Sequence record: DRR723986_4205
DNA: 64,000 nt
Direction: 5' to 3' (one strand)
Shown: positions 10,701 through 20,443 of the stretch, one piece after another
Layout: each line of letters opens with the position of its first letter
Numbering within the stretch: the first letter of the stretch is position 1
Position numbers and translations under genes: made by a program
The notes under the pieces: model-generated
Told to the model about the DNA's origin: nothing
The model's database searches: none
The model's input: the letters and a program-made list of their open reading frames with translations, nothing else

Positions 10701-11528
10701 CACCCGGGACTGCTCCGCCTGGCTGAGCCGGGCATACAGCGGCAACACATCCAGGCCCTCGGTACCACGCAGACGTCGCGACAGCTCCCGAATTTCACGC
10801 TCCCCCGGCAGGAACACCAGGGTGTCGCCGCGCTGTCCAAAGTCCCCGGCGAGAATGCCCTGCACCGCGGCCTCCGCCTGCGCATACAGGCCCTCGTCGC
10901 GGTCTTCTGGATCACCAAGATATACCGTCTGCACCGGGTAGGTACGGCCTGACACCTCGATCACCGGCGCATCATCGAAGTGGCGGGAGAAACTCGCGAC
11001 GTCGATGGTGGCGGAGGTCACAATAAGCTTCAGGTCGGGGCGCCGGGGTAACAGGCGTTTGAGATAACCGAGAATGAAATCGATGTTGAGGCTGCGCTCA
11101 TGCGCCTCGTCGATGATCAGCGTGTCGTACTGGCGCAGGTCCCGGTCGCGTTGCATCTCGTTGAGCAGGATGCCGTCGGTCATGAGTTTGACCGCCGTGC
11201 TGTCGGACACCTGGTCGTGGAAGCGCACCTGGTAACCCACAGTCTCACCGAGGGGCGAATTCAACTCGGCAGCGATGCGCTGGGCAACGGTGCGCGCGGC
11301 GAGTCGACGGGGCTGGGTGTGGCCGATTCGCGCCTCCCGACCGCGACCCAGTTCCAGGCAGATTTTTGGCAGCTGGGTGGTCTTGCCGGAGCCGGTTTCG
11401 CCGGCGAGGATCACCACCTGGTGCTGAGCGATGGCCGCAGCAATCTCCTCCCGGCGCTCGGCGACCGGCAGTTCTTCCGGATAGGTAATTGCAGGGACCT
11501 GCCGGGCAGGCCCCGCGGTATCGTTCAT
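7785..11528 (-). CDS. hrpA: ATP-dependent RNA helicase HrpA
   Basis: GETGSGKTTQLPK, TQPRRLAAR, DEAH, SAT, ATNVAETS, QRQGRCGR, C-terminal EEFRVSLFAQ. 1247 aa. Confidence 0.96.
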   Translation of the reverse strand: MNDTAGPARQVPAITYPEELPVAERREEIAAAIAQHQVVILAGETGSGKTTQLPKICLELGRGREARIGHTQPRRLAARTVAQRIAAELNSPLGETVGYQVRFHDQVSDSTAVKLMTDGILLNEMQRDRDLRQYDTLIIDEAHERSLNIDFILGYLKRLLPRRPDLKLIVTSATIDVASFSRHFDDAPVIEVSGRTYPVQTVYLGDPEDRDEGLYAQAEAAVQGILAGDFGQRGDTLVFLPGEREIRELSRRLRGTEGLDVLPLYARLSQAEQSRVFETGRRRGIRVVLATNVAETSITVPGIRYVIDPGEARISRYSYRSRLQRLPIEPISQASANQRQGRCGRVAAGVCLRLYSEEDFTARPEFTDPEIRRTNLAAVILQMLQLGLGDIERFPFIDPPDGRMVRDGFRLLEELGAVNAKGKLTGLGRRMARLPIDPSLARMILAAQGQGCLEEILVIASALSIQDPRERPADKQSQADQQHARFRHPRSDFMAWLQLWRYYEEQRQSLSQNQLRKLCKREYLSFLRMREWRDVHAQLSIACRQQKLRPKPVLAEQENYNGVHCALLAGLLGNIALQEQGREFLGARNRKLQIFPGSSQYRKPPRWIVAAEIVETSKVFARMVAAIEPEWVLDINPDLLKHHYYEPRWQPRSGRVMAWERVALFGLTVADKRSVHYGGIDPVTSREILIREGLVAGRYRQFPAFLKHNQRLVRELEDLESRTRRRDILADEQVLFEFYDERLPEDAYTARRLQSWLKQNPEAERGLYCSRDVLMARNPDADLGAQFPDQLVWEGTQYRLSYQFEPGGNTDGVSVTVPVALLNRVPRYRFDWLVPGMLREKCIQLVKGLPKALRKNLVPVPDRVDEALRELEPDNVDLLEALALVLGRRGGVRLRAADFTSAALDEYYRMNVRVVDADGRLLAQGRDLDELIRRFRDDTAEQISTAPQTGPAREDITAWDFDKIPVEWRFRQAGVEIVSYPALVDCKDRVAIRLFDYPADARIAHRRGLARLAQLLNSQAARYLRKQLLRGNEFNLALAGAQLDREVLLDDLVTAAFLHSLGPEDQLPRERATFEAAMARSRSEVVTIATELESILRNALLPLAEARRRLAALPGASYPDTRADIETQLARLLLPGFITDTPPDWLAQLPRYMKALLVRIERLSGQYAKDQKNQGLLAGFEENLAELLAGRPGILLVSEPAADFRWLLEEFRVSLFAQNLGTRQAVSSKRIQARWEEVAAWLKANPH

Positions 11529-11544
11529 GGTAATCGCCGGTTTG

Positions 11545-13233
11545 TCAGGGGTTATCGCGCAGTTCCCGGCGCAGGATTTTACCCACGTTGGTCTTCGGCA
11601 GCTCAGAACGGAATTCTACCAGCCTGGGCACCTTATAGGCCGTCAGACTGCGGCGGCAGAATTCGCGCACGTCCTCGACGGTGAGCGTGCCGGACTTGCT
11701 GACCACGAACATCTTGATCACCTCGCCCGAGGTCTCATCGGGAACGCCGACTGCCGCGCACTCCAACACGTCCTCGTGGGCGTACAACACGTCCTCAAGC
11801 TCATTGGGATACACGTTGAAGCCAGACACTACGATCATGTCTTTCTTGCGGTCGACGATCTGCAGGAAGCCGTCGGGCCTGACCATGGCGATGTCCCCGG
11901 TGCGGAACCAACCCTCACTGTCCATCACCTTGGCGGTCTCATCCGGTCTCTGCCAATAGCCGAGCATTACCTGGGGGCCACGGACACAAAGCTCCCCGGA
12001 TTCTCCCACCGCGAGGCGCTGATCGTCATCACCGACCACCCGGATCTCGGTCCCTGGAACCGGAATACCTATGGTACCCAGGATTTTGCGGTTGCCGGGG
12101 TTACTGGAGACCACCGGCGAGGTCTCGGTCAGGCCATAGCCCTCCGATACCTCACAGCCAGTCACCTCCTGCCAGCGCTGGGCCGCCGCATGGGTCAGCG
12201 CCATGCCCCCGGACAGGGTGACTTTGAGCGCTGAAAAATCCAGTGCCCGGAAGCCGGGGTCATTGCACAGGGTAACGAACAAGGTGTTGAGCCCGCAGAA
12301 CACCGTCGGGCGATAGGCCTTGAGGACCTGCACCACCGAAGCCGTGTCGCGGGGATTGGGGATGAACACCACGTGGCTGCCGCGGAGCATGGCGTACACC
12401 GAGGTCATGAACGCATAGATATGGTAAACCGGCAGGGGCTGGGCAATCACCTGCGGGGCGTCACCGAGACCGAAGGTCTCAAACAGGGCATCCACCTGCA
12501 ACACATTGGAAACCAGGTTGCCGTGGGAGAGCATGGCCCCTTTGGCAACGCCGGTGGTGCCGCCGGTGTACTGCAGCATGGCAAGGGCATTGCGCTCGGT
12601 GCTAACCGACTGGAAAGGCTTGCCCGCACCCAGCGCCAGGGCGCCATTGAGCGTGCCGGCGCCGGAAATCTCGAAGGGCGGCACTATTTTTTTAACGTAC
12701 CTGGCGACCAGGTTGATAAACAGGCGTTTGGGTAAGGGGTGGAGATCCGCCAGCTCCGTCACCAGCACATGCTTGATCGGCAGTTTGCGCAGCACCGCCG
12801 CCGCTGTTTGCGCGACATTGGCCTGCACCACCAGGGCTTTGACACCGGCATCGCGGAACTGGTGCTCGATCTCGCGCTCACTGTACAGGGGATTGGTGTT
12901 GACGATGACCATGCCTGCGCGCATCGCGCCAAACAGGACGACCGGGTACTGGATGAGATTGGGCATCTGCACCGCAATGCGATCCCCGGGCTCGAGATCG
13001 GTATGGTGCTGCAACCAGGAGGCAAACTGGCCTGACAAGCGATCGACATCCCGGTAGCTCAGGGTGTGGCCGAGACTGCTGAAAGCCGGCCGCTCGGGGT
13101 AGCGCTCGAAGGCATCCTCGATCATGGCCACGACATTGGCATAGCGCGCCACATCAAGGTCAAACGGCACCCCGAGCTCGTCCAGCACCTGGTGAATCAG
13201 GGTGCGGATGTCGTCTGTGACATCGTCCTGCAT
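11545..13233 (-). CDS. fadD: Long-chain fatty-acid--CoA ligase (FadD-like)
   Basis: LQYTGGTTGVAKGAML, EGYGLTETSP, GPQVMLGYW, RTGDI, VDRKKDMIVVSGFNVYPNE, PKTNVGKILRRELR. Confidence 0.9.
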   Translation of the reverse strand: MQDDVTDDIRTLIHQVLDELGVPFDLDVARYANVVAMIEDAFERYPERPAFSSLGHTLSYRDVDRLSGQFASWLQHHTDLEPGDRIAVQMPNLIQYPVVLFGAMRAGMVIVNTNPLYSEREIEHQFRDAGVKALVVQANVAQTAAAVLRKLPIKHVLVTELADLHPLPKRLFINLVARYVKKIVPPFEISGAGTLNGALALGAGKPFQSVSTERNALAMLQYTGGTTGVAKGAMLSHGNLVSNVLQVDALFETFGLGDAPQVIAQPLPVYHIYAFMTSVYAMLRGSHVVFIPNPRDTASVVQVLKAYRPTVFCGLNTLFVTLCNDPGFRALDFSALKVTLSGGMALTHAAAQRWQEVTGCEVSEGYGLTETSPVVSSNPGNRKILGTIGIPVPGTEIRVVGDDDQRLAVGESGELCVRGPQVMLGYWQRPDETAKVMDSEGWFRTGDIAMVRPDGFLQIVDRKKDMIVVSGFNVYPNELEDVLYAHEDVLECAAVGVPDETSGEVIKMFVVSKSGTLTVEDVREFCRRSLTAYKVPRLVEFRSELPKTNVGKILRRELRDNP

Positions 13234-13344
13234 GCTCTAGCTCCTGCCGTTGGCGATGATCGGGCGCGGCCCACCTGGTGCTGCGACCTGAACCGCGAAA
13301 ATACGCTATTATCCGGCTCCCCGCAAAATCAACGGAGCCTGACC

Positions 13345-13833
13345 ATGGCCGACATCCACAGCCGCACATTCGATGAAATCCAGTTGGGCGACAAGGCCAC
13401 CTACACCCGCACCGTGCAGGAACGGGATATTCAACTGTTCGCTGCGGTTTCCGGGGATATCAATCCGCTGCACCTGGATCCGGATTACGCGGCGACCACC
13501 CGCTTTGGCGAGCGCATCGCACACGGGATGCTGACCGGCGCGTTTGTGTCGGCCTGCCTGGCCATCGAATTATTGGGGCCGGGCACGATCTACCTGTCGC
13601 AGACGCTGAACTTCCGCCTGCCGGTCAAGATCGGCGACACGGTAACGGTAACCCTGGAGGTCGTGGAGAAACAGGAACGGCGCAGCCGCCTGACCCTGGA
13701 CTGCAAGGTCCACAACCAGCATGGCAAGCTCGTGGTAAGCGGGCAGTCGGAGGTCATCGCACCCACTGAACCCTGCACGGTGCCGCTACCCGAGTTACCG
13801 CCGATACGGATCGGCGACGAGGTCTCAGGCTGA
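13345..13833 (+). CDS. MaoC/PhaJ family (R)-specific enoyl-CoA hydratase
   Basis: Hydratase-2 motif FAAVSGDINPLHLDPDYA..RIAHGML, GPGTIY. GGAG SD upstream of the ATG at 13345. Confidence 0.88.
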   Translation: MADIHSRTFDEIQLGDKATYTRTVQERDIQLFAAVSGDINPLHLDPDYAATTRFGERIAHGMLTGAFVSACLAIELLGPGTIYLSQTLNFRLPVKIGDTVTVTLEVVEKQERRSRLTLDCKVHNQHGKLVVSGQSEVIAPTEPCTVPLPELPPIRIGDEVSG

Positions 13834-14328
13834 GGCCGGACCCGCGCCCTGATCGGTAGTGGCGAACTGCTTGGGGTCGATGTACATCAGGCGCAACACC
13901 ACCAGGGGCTGCCCGCCTGCGGAGTCGCTGCCCAGCACCATGACGTTGGGCTTGCCCTCATCGACAGTAACCGCGGTCACACCGAACATTTTTACATCGC
14001 TGTCATTTTCGGCGCTGAACATCGTGACCGGCTCATTCTCGCGCAGCTTGTCGACCAGATTCTTCAGCAACAGCGCCACGCTGGCCCGAAATCCGCCGAA
14101 GTTGAGCTTGCCATCGTATTCACCGTGGTCCAGCGCGAGGTCAAAGCGCACCAGCGATTTGTCCTCCATCTGGACCTGGGTCAGCGGCAGGCGCCGGCCC
14201 TGGGAGAGCTCCTTGAATAGGTTCTTGGCCTCGGTGCGCCCCGCCTCGAGCAATACCTTGTTGATGAGGTTCACCGCTATGGTCAGGAACTTGTCCTGGG
14301 ACAGGGATTGGGACTGTAGTTGAGCCAT
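13825..14328 (-). CDS. Hypothetical protein
   Basis: 167-aa ORF with ATG start and normal protein-like composition filling the gap between MaoC and mnmC. No motif recognised. Confidence 0.7.
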   Translation of the reverse strand: MAQLQSQSLSQDKFLTIAVNLINKVLLEAGRTEAKNLFKELSQGRRLPLTQVQMEDKSLVRFDLALDHGEYDGKLNFGGFRASVALLLKNLVDKLRENEPVTMFSAENDSDVKMFGVTAVTVDEGKPNVMVLGSDSAGGQPLVVLRLMYIDPKQFATTDQGAGPASA

Positions 14329-14455
14329 GTGAATTCCGTGGGTTGCAGGCGCGCAAGTCTAAAGCCTGCCGCCGGTAAACACCAGATCAGGTGCGCTTGG
14401 GCGATGCTGGCACAGCTTGCTATGATCACCGGTCCACAGCGGCCAACGCCATGCT

Positions 14456-16468
14456 ATGAAACGCGACAACCAGCCCTGGGCCGCCGCAGAAACCGCGGTC
14501 TTGTCCTGGGAGGACAAGGCCCTGCCCCGGGCCCTGGCCTTCGATGACGTTTACTACTCCCGTGAGGACGGGTTGGCGGAAAGCCGGCACATCTTCATCG
14601 ATGGGAACGACATCCCCCGCCGCCTGCAGGAGGACTCACCAGAGCCGTTAGTGATCGGGGAAACGGGGTTCGGCACCGGGCTTAACTTTCTGCTCACCTG
14701 GCAAGCCTGGCGGGCCTGTCAGCCCAGCGGGCGCCGGCTCCACTTCCTGTCCGTCGAACGCTACCCGCTGGCCCCGGAGGACCTGCGCCGTGCCCTCGCC
14801 CCGTGGGCCGAGCTCGCTGAACTCAGCCAACTGCTGGCAGACAGCTATCCGGCGCCCGTCCGCGGCCAGCACCGACTGCTCTTTGATGGCGGACAGGTCA
14901 CCCTGGATCTCTGGTTCGAGGACGCTGGCGAAGCCTATGCCGATCTCGCCAGTCGCGAGCAAGCAGTGGTCGACGCCTGGTACCTGGACGGCTTCGCACC
15001 CGCGCGCAATGCCGGCCTGTGGCAAGCCGATCTCCTGCGTTCCATCGCCGCGCTGAGCCGCGTCGGCGCCACAGCCGCCAGTTTCACCGCCGCCGGCCAG
15101 GTGCGCAGGGACCTCGCCGAGGCTGGGTTCACGGTAACCAAGGTGGCCGGTTTCGGGCGCAAGCGCGAGAGCCTGCGGGCGAGCTTGAAGGAACATCCCG
15201 GCTTTGCCGCGCAGACCGAAACGCCCTGGGATTTACCGCAACCGCCCCTTATCGCATGCGCCCGGGAAGTCCTCGTGATTGGCGCCGGGCTCGCCGGTGC
15301 GACGGCCGCCAATGCCCTGGCTCGCCGGGGTATCCGGGTCAACGTGCTGGACGGCGGCGTGGTGGCCGGCGGGGCATCGGGCAATGACCAGGGCGTGCTC
15401 TACACCCGTCTGTCCAGGCGCCATTCCACCCTCACCGATTTTGCCCTGCAGAGCTACCTGTTCGCCGCCGCGTTCTATCGCCAACTGTTTGCGGACGGAA
15501 GGCTCGTGGAAGGCATGGACGGCAGCCTCTGCGGTTATTTCCAGCAAATCGCGAGCGGCCCCGAACCTGAATACCTCGCCACCGCGCTGCGCAGCGTTCC
15601 GGAACTGGCCCAGGTGCTGCAGGCGGAACAGGCCGACAACTTGCTGGGCATCAAACAGGAGAGCGACGGCTACTGGTTTCCACGGTCGGGCTGGCTGCAC
15701 CCGCCCTCAGTCTGCCGGGCACTGCTGGAGCACCCCAATATCCGCGTCACTGAACACTGCGGCGAGATCGAACTGGTGCAAACTGCAGACGGCTGGCTGG
15801 CCGATAGCGCCAGCGGGGAACTGGCCCGCGGGGATTGCGCGATCATCGCGGCGGGCGTGCACAGCCGCAGCCTGGTGGACCTGGGCTGGCTGCCTTTGCA
15901 GGCCATCCGCGGCCAGACCACGCAACTTGCCTCGGAGACCCCGCTGGACAAGCTGCAGGCCGTTCTGTGCCATGAGGGCTATGTCGCCCCGGCACGCGAT
16001 CGAACGCACTGCATCGGGGCAACATTTGATCCCAATGACAATAGCGAGCAGGTGCGAACAGAAGACCACCGGCGCAACCTGGCGGCGCTGGCCAGGGCGC
16101 TGCCCGCCTGTGCCGAGTGGCTCGACAGCCTGGATGCAGCCGGCCTTGAGGGACGCGGCGGCATACGCTGTGCCACGCCGGACTACCTGCCAATGGTAGG
16201 CCCTGTTCCCGACCGATCCGCCTATTTGCAAGGCTTTGCTGGCCTGCGCCACAATGCGCGCCAGTTCATCGACAGCAGGGGACCGGTCATCACGGGACTG
16301 TTCATTAGCACCGGCCATGGTTCCCGCGGGTTGACCTCCACCCCTGTCGCGGCCGAATTGCTGGCCTCGCAAATTTGCGGCGAGCCTGCGGTCCTGTCCC
16401 GGCACCTGGAACGTGCCCTGCTACCGGCCCGCTTCCTGATCCGGGACCTCAAGCGAGGCGCGGCCTGA
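14456..16468 (+). CDS. mnmC: Bifunctional tRNA mnm5s2U34 methyltransferase / FAD oxidoreductase MnmC
   Basis: FDDVYYS..GLAES, ETGFGTGLNFL, DAWYLDGFAPARN, GFGRKRE, IGAGLAG, ASGN, GHGSRGL. Confidence 0.95.
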   Translation: MKRDNQPWAAAETAVLSWEDKALPRALAFDDVYYSREDGLAESRHIFIDGNDIPRRLQEDSPEPLVIGETGFGTGLNFLLTWQAWRACQPSGRRLHFLSVERYPLAPEDLRRALAPWAELAELSQLLADSYPAPVRGQHRLLFDGGQVTLDLWFEDAGEAYADLASREQAVVDAWYLDGFAPARNAGLWQADLLRSIAALSRVGATAASFTAAGQVRRDLAEAGFTVTKVAGFGRKRESLRASLKEHPGFAAQTETPWDLPQPPLIACAREVLVIGAGLAGATAANALARRGIRVNVLDGGVVAGGASGNDQGVLYTRLSRRHSTLTDFALQSYLFAAAFYRQLFADGRLVEGMDGSLCGYFQQIASGPEPEYLATALRSVPELAQVLQAEQADNLLGIKQESDGYWFPRSGWLHPPSVCRALLEHPNIRVTEHCGEIELVQTADGWLADSASGELARGDCAIIAAGVHSRSLVDLGWLPLQAIRGQTTQLASETPLDKLQAVLCHEGYVAPARDRTHCIGATFDPNDNSEQVRTEDHRRNLAALARALPACAEWLDSLDAAGLEGRGGIRCATPDYLPMVGPVPDRSAYLQGFAGLRHNARQFIDSRGPVITGLFISTGHGSRGLTSTPVAAELLASQICGEPAVLSRHLERALLPARFLIRDLKRGAA

Positions 16469-16469
16469 G

Positions 16470-17300
16470 ATGCGACTGTCTGCCGCGCTCATCGCGCTCA
16501 GCCTTCTTACCCCACCCGTGCTGGCCCAGACCCAGTACGGCTACCGGGTACTGGAGAGTAAAGCCCAGAGCCGGGACAACTTCGTCCAGGGCCTGGAAAT
16601 CGTCGGTGACTATCTCTACCTCAGCTCGGGCAACTACGGTCAGTCACGCCTGCGCCGCTACCATTTCAGCAGCGGCGAGCTGGAAACCGAGCGCAGCGTT
16701 GACCCACGGCTGTTCGCCGAAGGACTGACCGTCTTCGATGGCAAGGTCTACCAGCTCACCTGGCGCGCCGGCCTGGGCATGATCTACACGGAGGAAGACC
16801 TGTCCCCCGCCTACCTGTTTCGGATTCCCGGGCAGGGCTGGGGACTCACCCACAACGGCGAACAGCTGATCTACAGCGACGGCTCCCACCAGCTGCATTT
16901 CCTGGATCCTGAGACCCTGCAGATCCAACGCTCCCTGCCGGTGTCAGAAGATGGCATCCCCGTGTCTCGGCTCAATGAACTGGAGTGGGTCGACGGCCAG
17001 GTCTGGGCGAACGTATGGCAGACCAACCGCATTGTCATTATCGATCCGCAGTCGGGAGTGGTTACCGCCAGCGTCAACCTGGAGGGCCTGCTGCCCGCAC
17101 AGGAGTACCACGCGGATACCGACGTGCTGAACGGTATCGCCCGCAATCCCGCCGATGGGGGCATCTGGGTAACCGGCAAGCGCTGGCCGTTCCTGTACCG
17201 TATCGAGCTGGTGCCGCTTGTCCAGCCGGATACCGCCGGCGCGCAAGCTGCCCCGCGGGCTGAAAACCCCGAGCTCGGGGAGGAAGCGGCCGGCAAATAG
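16470..17300 (+). CDS. Glutaminyl-peptide cyclotransferase (plant/bacterial type QC), exported
   Basis: FVQGL, FAEGLT, YQLTW, GWGLT, SDGS, LNELE, WANVWQ, DVLNGIA, VTGKRWP, with an N-terminal signal peptide. Confidence 0.9.
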   Translation: MRLSAALIALSLLTPPVLAQTQYGYRVLESKAQSRDNFVQGLEIVGDYLYLSSGNYGQSRLRRYHFSSGELETERSVDPRLFAEGLTVFDGKVYQLTWRAGLGMIYTEEDLSPAYLFRIPGQGWGLTHNGEQLIYSDGSHQLHFLDPETLQIQRSLPVSEDGIPVSRLNELEWVDGQVWANVWQTNRIVIIDPQSGVVTASVNLEGLLPAQEYHADTDVLNGIARNPADGGIWVTGKRWPFLYRIELVPLVQPDTAGAQAAPRAENPELGEEAAGK

Positions 17301-17340
17301 CGCTAGAATAGGCGGCTTCCCCGTTCACAACGAGAGCCGC

Positions 17341-20295
17341 ATGAATAACCCCGTTGCCCCTGCAACCCCCCTCGCCCACCCGGCCTTCCAACCCGTCCGG
17401 CAGGAGACCATTGAATCGCTTAATTTGCGGGTGGAGCAGTACGAGCATCGGGCAACAGGCGCAGCCCATTACCACCTGGCCGCCGACAACGCTGAGAACG
17501 TTTTCCTGGTGGCGCTGCGCACCGTGCCCCAGGACTCCACCGGGGTAGCTCATATCCTGGAACACACCGCCCTGTGCGGTAGCGAGCGGTTCCCGGTACG
17601 GGACCCGTTTTTCATGATGCTGCGCCGCTCCCTGAACACCTTCATGAACGCCTTCACCAGCTCCGACTGGACCGCCTACCCTTTCGCCAGCCAGAACCGG
17701 AAGGACTTCAACAACCTGCTCGATGTGTACCTGGACGCGGTGTTTTTCTCGCGCCTTGATCCGCTGGACTTTGCCCAGGAGGGCCACCGGGTGGAGTTTG
17801 CCGAGCCCGGCAATCCGCAAAGCGACCTGGTGTTCAAGGGGGTGGTGTTCAATGAAATGAAGGGCGCCATGAGCTCGGTCAATTCGACCCTGTGGCAAAC
17901 CCTGTGTCATCACCTGTTCCCGTCGAGCACCTATCACTACAACAGCGGTGGTGAGCCGGCCAATATTCCGGATCTCAGCTATGAGCAGCTGCAGGCTTTC
18001 TATCGCAGCCACTACCACCCCAGCAACGCTATCTTCATGACCTTCGGCGATATCCCGGCCTGCGAGCACCAGCAGCTGTTTGAAGACAAGGCCCTGCATC
18101 GCTTTCAGCGCCTGGACCAACGCATTGCAGTTGAGGCAGAACAGCGACTGCCTGCCCCGCTGCGGGTACAGGACAGCTACGCCTACGATGAGAGCGGTGC
18201 CCTCGACAACAAGACCCACATCGTGATCGGCTGGATGCTGGGCGAGAGCACGAATCTCGAGCAGCTGCTGGAGGCCCAGCTGCTGGCCAGCGTGCTGATG
18301 GAAAACAGCGCATCTCCGCTGCAGCACGCACTGGAGACTACCGAGCTCGGGCTGGCGCCCTCGCCGCTCTGCGGTTTGGAAGATTCCATGCGCGAGATGG
18401 TGTTCTGTTGCGGCATCGAGGGAAGCGAGGTGGAGCGCGCCGACCAGCTCGAAGCCCTGGTCACTGACGTTCTTGAAACCGTCGCCCGGGATGGCGTACC
18501 CCACGATCGACTGGAAGCGGTGCTGCACCAGCTGGAGCTGCACCAGCGCGAGATCAGCGGCGACGGCTATCCCTATGGCCTGCAGCTGATCCTCCAGGCG
18601 CTGGGCTGCGCAACCCATTACAGCGACCCTATAGCCGTCCTGAACCTGGAGCCGGTGATCGCCAGCCTGCGCGAGAGAATCGAGGACCCGGACTATATTC
18701 GCCGGCTCACCCGAGAACTGCTGCTCGACAACACGCATCGGGTAACCCTGGTAATGAGCCCGGACAAGACCCTCTCCGAACAGCGGAAAGCCGCGGAGCA
18801 GGAGCGCCTGGCGGCGATGAAAGCGGCCATGGACGAAGCCCAGAGAGCTGCCGTTGTTCGCCTCGCAGCGGAACTCGAACAGCGCCAGAAGCAAGTCGAT
18901 GACGAGAGCATCCTGCCCAAGGTCGAGCTCAGCGACGTGCCCGCATCCGTGCCGGAGCTGTCTTTCAGTGAGCGCTCGATGAACGGCCTGCGGGCCACCG
19001 GCTATGCCCAGGGCACCAATGGCCTGGTATATCAGCAGGTCGTGGCGCCACTGCCGGCGCTCTCGGACGAGGATATGACCCTGCTGCCTTTCTACACCAG
19101 CCTGCTCACCGAGCTCGGACTGGGCGATACCGATTATCTCGCCACCCAGCACCGGCAGTCCGCCAGCGTCGGCTCGATCAATGCCTTCACTTCGATGCGC
19201 GGCACGGTCGACTCCGAACAGGAAGTTACCGCCAACCTGATCCTGTCCTCCAAGGCCCTGGCACGCAACGTCGATCAGCAAACCGCGCTGATGACCGATA
19301 CCTTCAACTCGGTACGCTTTGAAGAGAAGACCCGGATCCGCGACATTGTCAGCCAACAACGCGCGCGCAGGGAGTCTTCGGTAACCGGCAATGGACATGG
19401 CCTGGCCATGGCGGCGGCCAGCGCCGGCATGAGTCCGCTCGCCGCGCTGAACCACCAGCTCTCCGGGCTGGGCGGCATTCGCTCGCTGCGCCGCCTGGAC
19501 GAGGCACTGCGCGAACCCGAGCAGCTCACCAACTTCGCTGAGCGCCTGCAGGGCCTGCACACGCAGCTGTCGGTCGCACCGATACAGCTGCTGGCAATCG
19601 CAGAAGCCGAACGGCTGGACGCGGTGGTCGATAGCGCGCTACAGCAATGGCAATCCAGGGCACAGGGCAGCGCAGACAGCCACTGGCACCCGGCCCCGGT
19701 ACGTGAGCAGCGCGCTGAACTGTGGACCACCAACACCCAGGTAAACTTTTGCGCCCGGGCCTATCCCACCGTGCCCGTGGGTCATCCGGATGCCGCAGCG
19801 CTTGCGGTGCTGGGCGGCTTTCTGCGCAACGGCTTCCTGCACCGGGCAATCCGTGAGCAAGGCGGCGCCTACGGTGGCGGTGCCAGCCAGGACTCCGGGA
19901 TCGCCGCGTTCCGTTTCTATTCCTACCGCGATCCGCGCCTGGGTGAAACCCTGCGTGACTTTGATGCCTCTGTCCGCTGGCTGCTCGATACGCAGCATGA
20001 CTACCGGCCGCTGGAGGAAGCGATCCTGGGAGTCGTTGGCAGCCTCGATAAACCGAGCTCACCTGCGGGCGAGGCCAAGCAGCACTTCCACAATAGCCTG
20101 TTCGGTCGCACCCATGCCCAGCGCGAAGCATTCCGCCAGCAAGTGCTCGAGGTAAGGCTGGAAGATCTGCAGCGCGTGGCCACCACCTACCTGCAACCGG
20201 AGCAGGCCAGCACTGCCGTGATCACAGGGCCCGCAACCCTGGCCGCGAACCAGGATCTGGTAGCGGAACTTGGCTTGCAGGTGGAGGCACTCTGA
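17341..20295 (+). CDS. M16C (PreP/insulinase family) metallopeptidase
   Basis: Inverted zincin HILEH, RDPFFMMLRRSLNTFMNAFT, GVVFNEMKG, REQGGAYG, YSYRDP. Confidence 0.92.
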   Translation: MNNPVAPATPLAHPAFQPVRQETIESLNLRVEQYEHRATGAAHYHLAADNAENVFLVALRTVPQDSTGVAHILEHTALCGSERFPVRDPFFMMLRRSLNTFMNAFTSSDWTAYPFASQNRKDFNNLLDVYLDAVFFSRLDPLDFAQEGHRVEFAEPGNPQSDLVFKGVVFNEMKGAMSSVNSTLWQTLCHHLFPSSTYHYNSGGEPANIPDLSYEQLQAFYRSHYHPSNAIFMTFGDIPACEHQQLFEDKALHRFQRLDQRIAVEAEQRLPAPLRVQDSYAYDESGALDNKTHIVIGWMLGESTNLEQLLEAQLLASVLMENSASPLQHALETTELGLAPSPLCGLEDSMREMVFCCGIEGSEVERADQLEALVTDVLETVARDGVPHDRLEAVLHQLELHQREISGDGYPYGLQLILQALGCATHYSDPIAVLNLEPVIASLRERIEDPDYIRRLTRELLLDNTHRVTLVMSPDKTLSEQRKAAEQERLAAMKAAMDEAQRAAVVRLAAELEQRQKQVDDESILPKVELSDVPASVPELSFSERSMNGLRATGYAQGTNGLVYQQVVAPLPALSDEDMTLLPFYTSLLTELGLGDTDYLATQHRQSASVGSINAFTSMRGTVDSEQEVTANLILSSKALARNVDQQTALMTDTFNSVRFEEKTRIRDIVSQQRARRESSVTGNGHGLAMAAASAGMSPLAALNHQLSGLGGIRSLRRLDEALREPEQLTNFAERLQGLHTQLSVAPIQLLAIAEAERLDAVVDSALQQWQSRAQGSADSHWHPAPVREQRAELWTTNTQVNFCARAYPTVPVGHPDAAALAVLGGFLRNGFLHRAIREQGGAYGGGASQDSGIAAFRFYSYRDPRLGETLRDFDASVRWLLDTQHDYRPLEEAILGVVGSLDKPSSPAGEAKQHFHNSLFGRTHAQREAFRQQVLEVRLEDLQRVATTYLQPEQASTAVITGPATLAANQDLVAELGLQVEAL

Positions 20296-20345
20296 GCACG
20301 GCTCACAGGACGTCGGGCAGGCACTGGCGATCGCCCTGTTACGAG

Positions 20346-20360
20346 GTAAAGAAATGTTAA
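20346..20360 (+). promoter_or_regulatory. CpxR-box-like direct repeat GTAAA-N5-GTTAA
   Basis: GTAAAgaaatGTTAA about 85 nt upstream of a CpxR-like response regulator. One mismatch to the GTAAA-N5-GTAAA consensus. Confidence 0.5.
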
Positions 20361-20443
20361 GAAGCGCGTTGTCGGGTTAAGCGGGGGTGACAGCGCGTCC
20401 GCCTGTGCCCAAACTGCAGGCTGGGATCCGGCCGAGGTGAGGA

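Noticed and set aside
17074-19560. 828-aa antisense ORF
   Set aside because: It lies opposite the clearly real QC and M16 peptidase genes and has no motifs. Long shadow ORFs are common in GC-rich DNA.
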